IMG/VR virus record: IMGVR_UViG_3300027805_000011
Span: 3,017 to 67,016 of that record
Source: a virus
DNA length: 64,000 nt
Reading direction: 5' to 3' (one strand)
Positions 55,069-62,072 of this stretch are shown here, piece by piece (within the stretch, counting starts at the first letter, position 1; each line of letters starts with the position of its first letter). The notes beneath the pieces are model-generated. The model did not search any database. It saw only the letters and a program-made list of their open reading frames with translations, and was not told the origin of the DNA. Position numbers and translations under genes: made by a program.

Positions 55069-55992
55069 TTACTGCTCTCCGTTGAACTCGAAGTTGAGAC
55101 CGAACATTTCGGTCTCTTTCTTCTCATCGATCTCCTCGTAGTGCTCCATGAGGAGTTCGTGCATCTCGGACGGGTCGTCGGCGAAGCCGCGTTCGATGTC
55201 GGCCTCGAGGTAGCCGAAGCGAAGCAACTCGTCGGCGATCCATTCCATATCGACCGGAACGTCCGGACCCCAAGCGCCGAGCGGCAGAACCTCGGGGTCG
55301 TAATCGGGGAACGATTCGGTTTCCGATGACGCCCTAGGATTGCGGTCGTCGCGCTCCGGTGTGCCGCGTCCGCCGTAAGACGAACTGCGGTATCCGCCCC
55401 AGTAATCGTCGTCGTATTTGTAAGACGAGTAACCGGAATAGCGGATTACCTTGGTCTTGTATGCCGAGTTGGAATACCAGTGACCATCGTCCTCCCAGAC
55501 GCCGGCATTGTCGTTCCAGATGGCGAAGTCGCCGTCGGAGCGAAGGAAGGCAAACTTGCTGCCGTCGATGGCGAGGCTCCCCAGATAGGAGATCGCATCG
55601 TGACGGTAGAACTCGGTGTCGAGTTCATACAGCGGCTTGAGAACCTTCTCGACGAAGTGCCAAGTGTCCGACTTGTCCTCGTTGTCCTTGGTGCATATCG
55701 GCAGGATGCCGTTATGGATCGTGGCGAGGTTGTCGGCGACGAGGAACGGGTGGCAGTTGTCCGCATCGCGCTTGCCGTGGGTGGCATAGCGGAAGTGGAT
55801 GAGTGCGTCAGCGTCAGCGTAGGGCTGGAACGCTTCCCAGAACTCGTCGAACTTGAAGAACCCCTTGGAGACGACCAAGCAACCGTTGGCGACAGCGGCG
55901 AAACCGGCACCGTGTTCATTGGAATTGAAACCGTTGCGGTATGCCTCCTCGTCGGGCTTGGTGGCGGCGGGTTTGTATATTGCTAAACACAT
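55069..55992 (-). CDS. Class II (Ntn) glutamine amidotransferase
   Basis: MCLAI (Cys at position 2), N.HG.G, HFRYATHG, NCHPF, HNG and SDT. Confidence 0.88.
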   Translation of the reverse strand: MCLAIYKPAATKPDEEAYRNGFNSNEHGAGFAAVANGCLVVSKGFFKFDEFWEAFQPYADADALIHFRYATHGKRDADNCHPFLVADNLATIHNGILPICTKDNEDKSDTWHFVEKVLKPLYELDTEFYRHDAISYLGSLAIDGSKFAFLRSDGDFAIWNDNAGVWEDDGHWYSNSAYKTKVIRYSGYSSYKYDDDYWGGYRSSSYGGRGTPERDDRNPRASSETESFPDYDPEVLPLGAWGPDVPVDMEWIADELLRFGYLEADIERGFADDPSEMHELLMEHYEEIDEKKETEMFGLNFEFNGEQ

Positions 55993-56141
55993 AGGCGTGT
56001 TATTCCTTTCTTTGACTGTGCGAACGGGTGGATTGATCCGTTGACCGATGTTCGCGGGCGGACAACGGAACCTTGTTCGGATGTGAACAAGAATCCGCAC
56101 CCTCGAAGGGAAGGTGCGGTGCTTGCACACTTACGGGGTTA

Positions 56142-56234
56142 TTACTTAGTCAACTCGATGAGCAGCCAGACGAGCAGGAAGGCGAGGAGGGCGAGCTTGA
56201 ACAGGACCTCATCGACGATGTCGCGGTGTTTCAT
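56142..56234 (-). CDS. Tiny membrane peptide
   Basis: 30 aa, MKHRDIVDEVLFKLALLAFLLVWLLIELTK. Confidence 0.45.
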   Translation of the reverse strand: MKHRDIVDEVLFKLALLAFLLVWLLIELTK

Positions 56235-56235
56235 A

Positions 56236-56415
56236 TTAGTCGGCGGTGTAGAACCCGATGGTGTGGCCGTCAGTCGGCGTGTAGGTGGGCAACGCAGCGG
56301 CAACCGCATACAACTTGCGAAGTTTGCGGCGGCGCTTGATCGCCCTAGGACGCCAGATGACGTCGTCGGACTTGGCCTGCGGTTCGGGGGCAAGCCAGCG
56401 TGTTTTGTTCTTCAT
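56236..56415 (-). CDS. Small basic protein
   Basis: 59 aa, with SD GAAAGGA directly after a palindromic box. Confidence 0.6.
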   Translation of the reverse strand: MKNKTRWLAPEPQAKSDDVIWRPRAIKRRRKLRKLYAVAAALPTYTPTDGHTIGFYTAD

Positions 56416-56445
56416 GGTGTTCCTTTCTTGTTCGGATGCGAACAA

Positions 56446-56676
56446 CTAGGGGTTGGTGATGAAGTTCATGGGGATCGCCGAAGCGAACGGATTACCCATG
56501 AACACCGGAGCGGCCTCGTAGGTGACCTTCAAGCCGAACTCCTGCTCCCGCTTGAGAGCTTTGAGTTCGCCTGCCTTGTCACGGTAGTGGTCCGCGATTT
56601 GATGAGGCTCGATGTAAGCCTCGTTGATGAAGTGCATCGACTTGATGCACGTTTGTTTCTTCATGCGTTTTGGCAT
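56446..56676 (-). CDS. Hypothetical protein
   Basis: 76 aa, with SD GAAAGGA. Confidence 0.6.
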   Translation of the reverse strand: MPKRMKKQTCIKSMHFINEAYIEPHQIADHYRDKAGELKALKREQEFGLKVTYEAAPVFMGNPFASAIPMNFITNP

Positions 56677-56790
56677 GTTGGTCCTTTCTGTGCTGTGCCG
56701 CAGAGGGCGGCGGAAAGTGGACTTGTTCGGATACGAACAAGCGACGACGCGGAACGGATGGGACGTTTCCGCGCCGGATGCTGATTCGTC

Positions 56791-56931
56791 CTAGGACGAA
56801 CAATGGATCTCGGTGAGCAATTCACCGCACAACTCTTCCAAGTCGTCGGCGAGTTCAGTCTGCCAAGCGAGTTGGCGATAGACGTTGCTCGATGAGCAGG
56901 AGTAATCCTCGTAATAGGCAGGAGGTTTCAT
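56791..56931 (-). CDS. Small acidic hypothetical protein
   Basis: 46 aa. Its stop lies inside the perfect palindrome TTCGTCCTAGGACGAA. Confidence 0.4.
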   Translation of the reverse strand: MKPPAYYEDYSCSSSNVYRQLAWQTELADDLEELCGELLTEIHCSS

Positions 56932-57069
56932 GCTGCACTTTTCATGGTTCATGCTGCGCGGAACACGCAACATGCTTGTCGGTTCAATGGACAAGGTTCA
57001 GTGCAGGACCGAAGCCCTGCACTGATGCGCTGTCCACTTGTTCGGATGCGAACAACGGACCCTCGTGGC

Positions 57070-57468
57070 TTACTTCTTATTGATGTTGTAAGCGCGGTTG
57101 AGGATGGATGCGACTTTGTCGCGGGTTTTGTATTGGCGGCGCAACTTGCTGACTAACTCCTGCGCGGCGAGCGTGACCGCTTCGCTTTCCTGTTTGCGTT
57201 TCGCTGTCTTGCTGCGTTCCTGATTGCGCGGCTGGATGAACCCATAGGGCTTGAGGATCTCCCATGCGCGGACGCGGCTGATCTTATGCTCGTTGGTGAG
57301 CACGGCACGCAGCGCCTTGCCAGCGGCTAGACGCTCGTCCTTGTCCATGCCATCGGCGAACGCGGCGACGATGGCGCGAGCGGCATCGAGTGCGTTAGCG
57401 TAAGCGGTTTCGAGTTTGAACGCCTGTGCGATGGCAGAGGCGACTGCTTTGACTGTCGGTTTTTTCAT
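57070..57468 (-). CDS. Basic helical protein, first gene of the leftward early block
   Basis: 132 aa, with a palindromic box 17 nt upstream. Confidence 0.65.
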   Translation of the reverse strand: MKKPTVKAVASAIAQAFKLETAYANALDAARAIVAAFADGMDKDERLAAGKALRAVLTNEHKISRVRAWEILKPYGFIQPRNQERSKTAKRKQESEAVTLAAQELVSKLRRQYKTRDKVASILNRAYNINKK

Positions 57469-57597
57469 GTGTTTTTATTTTGCTTGTTCGGATGCGAACA
57501 GTCGCATCAGACCGATGCTGCTTTCCTGTCCGCTTCAACCGATAAGTGGCAGAGAGTGGCATTTTACTCTGTTATTTTTCTGCTAGGTTATGTTCGG

Positions 57598-58122
57598 ATG
57601 CGAACACTGGAAAAAGACTGGAAGAGTATGAAGGCTCTCTATGTAGCCGGAGCAACTTATGCGGAACTTGCTGAAGCTTATGGAGTTAAAGAGGGAACAA
57701 TCAGAGTTAGATCCTCCCGCCAAGGATGGACCAAGTTAAGACCTGTAGTAACTGATGATGCAGCCCTAGGGAAAATATGGGACATCAGAAGGGAAAAGGT
57801 GAAGGAGGGAGAGTTCAAGATTGCAGAGAGAATCATGGACCATGCAGCGCAAATGCCTCCAGATCAGTTAGTTGCGAAAGCAGACAAGGTGAAGATTGGA
57901 GTTGACCTAGGACGCAGATCTGTAGGATTGGACAGAGATGAGGATAAGAATATGGTGAACATAGCACTTTTAGGTGCAATCCCATCGGCGACAGAGACTT
58001 ACAACGTAGAAAGCCGCCAGATGAGTTGGTCAGAATTGGGTCGAAATACTCTGGACAACAGTGTAGAGCACACGGATTCACAATCCGTAGACCACCACCC
58101 AACCCACCACGGTCCCCTCTGA
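57598..58122 (+). CDS. Terminase small subunit-like HTH protein
   Basis: DW..MKALY..G....ELAEAYGVK..TIR.R..R.GW is the HTH pattern typical of terS. ATG 57598 lies inside the palindrome at 57591. Confidence 0.55.
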   Translation: MRTLEKDWKSMKALYVAGATYAELAEAYGVKEGTIRVRSSRQGWTKLRPVVTDDAALGKIWDIRREKVKEGEFKIAERIMDHAAQMPPDQLVAKADKVKIGVDLGRRSVGLDRDEDKNMVNIALLGAIPSATETYNVESRQMSWSELGRNTLDNSVEHTDSQSVDHHPTHHGPL

Positions 58123-58243
58123 TGCCGCCGCGCCGCGCGATGAAACTATCATTTGATGGGAAATAAATTTTTTGCCCGTTTTTAGAATTATTAACTTTTA
58201 GGGGAGGGGAGAGCCGGGTCGGACGGAACTCCCCAGGGCAGGG

Positions 58244-58381
58244 CTACAGGAGCGAACAGAGATACTTCAGAAAACGCCGCCACCGGAAAGAAGTCACGAC
58301 AGCCTTCCGGTCACCTCGCTCGAAATATCCAACGCCGCCGTAAGGTCCGTAGACCAAGCCGAGATCGCTGGAGCGATACAT
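58244..58381 (-). CDS. Unannotated 45-aa ORF with a perfect Shine-Dalgarno sequence
   Basis: GAAAGGAGGTGAA lies 5 nt before ATG 58381. Product MYRSSDLGLVYGPYGG...FLKYLCSLL. Confidence 0.5.
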   Translation of the reverse strand: MYRSSDLGLVYGPYGGVGYFERGDRKAVVTSFRWRRFLKYLCSLL

Positions 58382-58500
58382 ACACATTCACCTCCTTTCA
58401 TCGGCGCGTAATAAAGCACGTCCCGAGCCAAGTGCTATAATAACTGCGGAGCCGGCAGCGCGGCGACATGGTGGTAAGCTGCCTGCCGGTGTCCACCACT

Positions 58501-58722
58501 ATGAAAGCCACACTCGAATTCGATCTACCGGAAGAGAACCACGAGCACCAGGACGCCCTCCGGGGCTCCGAATGGAAGTCGGCGCTGACCGAGGTCGCGG
58601 ACTACCTCCGGAACCAGATCAAGCACGCTGACAATTCCGCGGAGGAATACCGGACGTTCGAACGAGTCCAAGAGCGGCTTTTCGGGATCCTCGATGACCG
58701 CCGGCTCAATCTCTACGCATGA
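58501..58722 (+). CDS. Hypothetical protein
   Basis: 73 aa, MKATLEFDLPEE..., downstream of TATAATAAC at 58436. Confidence 0.7.
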   Translation: MKATLEFDLPEENHEHQDALRGSEWKSALTEVADYLRNQIKHADNSAEEYRTFERVQERLFGILDDRRLNLYA

Positions 58723-58874
58723 CTTTCTGGCCTTTGCTGATAACGACAATACTTTATCTCATCACCGCGGTCGGCTGGTGGCGCGAGGGTAATGTAGGAC
58801 TTGCGATTGCCTTCGCAGGTTACGCCGCCGCGAACGTCGGATTCCTGTATATAGCAGCCATCGGACAGCCCTAA
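58719..58874 (+). CDS. Small two-TM membrane protein
   Basis: 51 aa, LITTILYLITAV...FAGYAAANVGFL, coupled to the upstream gene. Confidence 0.6.
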   Translation: MTFWPLLITTILYLITAVGWWREGNVGLAIAFAGYAAANVGFLYIAAIGQP

Positions 58875-58902
58875 AGGCCCGATTTCAAGGGAAATCCCTA
58901 CC

Positions 58903-59204
58903 AAGTTCCCAGAAGTTCCCTAGGAAGTTCCCACAGTTAAGTCGTTGATTTACTCTATACTTACGTCAAAAGGGAACTTGGGAACTTCCCCCTATCTTTT
59001 ATAGAAAGAAAAATATTATAGGAGGGGACGCCCGTCCCCCCGCGAGCGCGGCCACGTATACTCCCCGCGGGGAGGGCTCTTCCCCCGAACCCGAGTTCCC
59101 AAGTTCCCGTTTGGCCGTAAGCCCTTATCGGTCATCGAGTTAAGTGCGGGAACTTCCTATGGGATTTGGTGGGAACTGGAACTTCCCTGTTCCCTTTACA
59201 GGGA
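58903..59204. repeat. Iteron-like AAGTTCCC/GGGAACTT arrays with AT-rich spacer and palindromes, putative replication origin
   Basis: About 10 copies in alternating orientation; CTCCCCGCGGGGAG palindrome at 59061-59074. Non-coding and downstream of the primase operon. Confidence 0.6.
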
Positions 59205-59299
59205 AACACGCTTCATGCGACCGGGTGCAAACACGACCGACGCATAGGAAATGCGCCGTAGTTCAAGCGTCGTTTGAGTTAATACCTACTTCGATACTC

Positions 59300-59764
59300 C
59301 TAGACCCACCGGACCACGGTTCCCGCTTCATGGAACATGGCACATGCAGCCTCGAAGGAGGCACCCCAACGTGTCGGAGCCGTCGACACGTTATGCGAAC
59401 ATGTCGAAGAACCGGCGATCCTTGGACAGATCACCTCGGAGATTCCGGCCTGAATGATGGCGGCGGCGCATTGGGCGCAGGGTTGGATCGGGTAGACCAC
59501 GATCGAGTAGCCAATGAGGGGTTCCTTGGCCGCGAGGATCGCGTTAAGCTCTGCGTGGACCGTGTAGCGTAGTTTGGTGTCGCGGTCACCCAGACGCTCT
59601 GCGTCGTCCTCCACGCCCCTGGGGAGGCCGTTAAAGCCCACGGAGGCCACTGTGCGGTCGGGCCGGATAATAACCGCGCCGACTTGGAGGCTGGGGTCTT
59701 TCGACCAAGTCGCGATGTGCGCGGCCAGTTCGACAAACCGCTCGATCCACTTGGCGTCCATCAA
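59300..59764 (-). CDS. dCMP deaminase
   Basis: SKDPS.QVGA, GFNG.PRG, HAELNA and PCAQC. Confidence 0.9.
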   Translation of the reverse strand: MMDAKWIERFVELAAHIATWSKDPSLQVGAVIIRPDRTVASVGFNGLPRGVEDDAERLGDRDTKLRYTVHAELNAILAAKEPLIGYSIVVYPIQPCAQCAAAIIQAGISEVICPRIAGSSTCSHNVSTAPTRWGASFEAACAMFHEAGTVVRWV

Positions 59765-62055
59765 TAGGGGTTGTTATCCACCTCGACCGTCTCCGGCTTC
59801 GGCCGGGTCAGGCGGTATTTGTTCAGCTTGGCCGCGCCACATCGTTTCGCGATGATCTCGATGTTCGGGTCTTGGCGGGAGACAAGCTGGCTGAGACGGG
59901 TCGAGAGAGTCCTCACCGGCCAATCTCGGATGATGGCGGTGTTGTCGAAGGTGTCGTTGAGAGATTGGAGAAACTCGACCACGGTGCCTTCCCAGACGTT
60001 GATCTTGGCGTCGACCCGCTTCCACCATGCGTTAATAAGGTCGCGCAGTTCGGCGTGTTTGCCGCCGGCATCGATCTTGTCCCGCACCTCTTGGGCAATG
60101 AGTCCACGGACCACGTAGCGGTTGGCCGCGTCGATGTATTTCGGTGGGACTTCCCACTCCTTGATCCAAGCCAGTAGGGCCGGCAGTTCGGTCTCGACAT
60201 CGCGGAGCTCCTCGACGACGGGGCCGTCCTCGTAGGTCTTGAGAGCCAAGGCGATGATCTTGTCCTCATTCGACATATCGAGGGCGGGGACCGCTTTGAT
60301 CGAAACCGGATCGTCGTTGGCTGCGATGACGACACGGCCGCGCCATTCCACCATGATCGGGGTGAGATACTTCTCGTGGTATTTGTGCTTCCCGTGGGCG
60401 ACCAGCTTCTTCACGTAGCTCGCGTAGCGTTGCAGCGCGGACTCGGATTCGGCGGCACGCGAGTCATCGATGATGGCCAGCGGGCTTTGGAAGAGGTCGG
60501 CATTGAACCCGTTACCCTCACCGGAAACCACGGACGAGAGGTCCGCGTAGCCGCCCATTGCCGGAGCAAGGAGGCGTTCGATGAGGAAGGTCTTATAGCA
60601 GTGGACCGGACCGACCAGGATCATGGCTTGCCCCATGTCGAGCTTGCCGCGTTCCGCGGACTCGTAGAAGCGTTTGAACCAGAAAAGGAAAGTGTCCTTG
60701 TAGTCGGGGTGGGTGAAGACGTTGTCGAGGATGGCTGCGTAGCGCGGGAACCCTTCACCCCAAGCCCCGGCGGTGTCGGCCGCTTTGACCAGTTTGATGT
60801 TCTTGGCGGTGTTCAGGTATTTCTTCCCGCCTTCGAACCAGAGTTCGTTCTTGTTGTAGAGCGACGGGCCGGCACCATCGACGCGGCGGTGCTCGCGAAT
60901 GAAGGCTTTGGCTTTGTCCATCGGCGACATGGCGGCACCCTTCGGGGCGCGGTCGCTGAATCCGCGGCATTTGAGTTCGGAACTGAGCATCGCGACCATT
61001 TCGTAGCGCCAGATCCCGTCATCGGCCTTCATAAAGAAGGTTTTGCCGTCGTAGTAGATGTCGTCAAACTGGCCACTCTTCTCCGCTTTGGTGGACGGCT
61101 TGCTGCTATCTGGCGAATCCTGACAGTTATCGGCAAGGGGGGTGGCAGATTGTCCCTCCCCCTCTCCAGCCTCCGGGTTGAAGTAGATGAGGGTCTGGGC
61201 CTTTCCGGTGTCTTTGCGGATGCACCCAGGAACGCGGGTCAGTCGCACGGCCGACATGGCGGCGGGGTCCGCGCCGAGTGGGACGAGGAGGTCGGCGATC
61301 TCCGAGGCTTTGTCGAGGTAGTCGGCGCGGTCCTTGGCGTTGATCCGAACGAGAGCGTGAGCCGACTTCGATCCGGAGGTCGTGACCGAGACGATGGGTA
61401 GGGTGATCTTGGAGAGGACGCGGAGCCAGAGTTCCAGTTCGACCGAGTCGGATTCTATTAAAATATAGTCGTAAGCGACTAGATTTTCCTCCGCCCGGCG
61501 GGACTTCTTCCCGAGCCGTTCGATCGGCTTTAGCTGGCCGTCGACCGGATTGACCATGATCCACGCACCCTCGGTGTTGTTGGCGATTATTCGATCTACT
61601 TCCAGATCCGGAACCTTGTCGTGCCACACCAACTTCCCTTGGCTTTCTTGGATTGTGAAGATGATGTTGTGCTTCCCGCCGTAAAGGCGGCGGAGGAACT
61701 CGGAGGTCGAGATATCGGCCGGTGGGATTGGGGAGGTAGCTTTGAAATCCTCGACCGAGAGCGGGCCTTCCGCAGTCAAGGAGAGTAGAAACTTTTCATC
61801 CTTCTCCCGTTTCAGCGAAACCTTCGGCCGCGGCTCGATGAGACCTTCAGCTTCCGCCCGCACCTTGCGGATGGTGTTGGCGATCTCCATCGGCTGCGGG
61901 TCGCGCTGGAGGTGGTGCGTGATCCATTGCTCGATGAAGGTGTCATCGTAGGCGTTAGCAACCAGCGCGTGAACCGCGCCGAACATCCAGGTGTGGCATC
62001 CTTGGCCGGAGGTGGGGCAGGGGTTGAGTCCGAGTTCTTCAGGTGTGGGTGACAT
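59761..62055 (-). CDS. Primase-helicase fusion (RepB/AEP-like primase plus SF3/D5-like domain)
   Basis: YILIESD, SGSKSAHALV and RLTRVPG in the primase part. C-terminal LVGPVHCYKT, FNADL....LAIIDD, AAND. Confidence 0.75.
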   Translation of the reverse strand: MSPTPEELGLNPCPTSGQGCHTWMFGAVHALVANAYDDTFIEQWITHHLQRDPQPMEIANTIRKVRAEAEGLIEPRPKVSLKREKDEKFLLSLTAEGPLSVEDFKATSPIPPADISTSEFLRRLYGGKHNIIFTIQESQGKLVWHDKVPDLEVDRIIANNTEGAWIMVNPVDGQLKPIERLGKKSRRAEENLVAYDYILIESDSVELELWLRVLSKITLPIVSVTTSGSKSAHALVRINAKDRADYLDKASEIADLLVPLGADPAAMSAVRLTRVPGCIRKDTGKAQTLIYFNPEAGEGEGQSATPLADNCQDSPDSSKPSTKAEKSGQFDDIYYDGKTFFMKADDGIWRYEMVAMLSSELKCRGFSDRAPKGAAMSPMDKAKAFIREHRRVDGAGPSLYNKNELWFEGGKKYLNTAKNIKLVKAADTAGAWGEGFPRYAAILDNVFTHPDYKDTFLFWFKRFYESAERGKLDMGQAMILVGPVHCYKTFLIERLLAPAMGGYADLSSVVSGEGNGFNADLFQSPLAIIDDSRAAESESALQRYASYVKKLVAHGKHKYHEKYLTPIMVEWRGRVVIAANDDPVSIKAVPALDMSNEDKIIALALKTYEDGPVVEELRDVETELPALLAWIKEWEVPPKYIDAANRYVVRGLIAQEVRDKIDAGGKHAELRDLINAWWKRVDAKINVWEGTVVEFLQSLNDTFDNTAIIRDWPVRTLSTRLSQLVSRQDPNIEIIAKRCGAAKLNKYRLTRPKPETVEVDNNPY

Positions 62056-62072
62056 ATCAGGTGGTGGAGTTA

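Larger units (their letters stand above)
53769..57606. repeat. Dispersed 16-bp palindrome TGTTCG-N4-CGAACA (7 perfect copies, 2 with one mismatch)
   Basis: Perfect copies at 53769, 55020, 56429, 56724, 57039, 57485 and 57591. One-mismatch copies at 56049 and 56074. Confidence 0.9.

Noticed and set aside
53769-57606. CRISPR array
   Set aside because: The repeats are 16 bp, irregularly spaced (25-1250 nt) and separated by genes; there are no cas genes.
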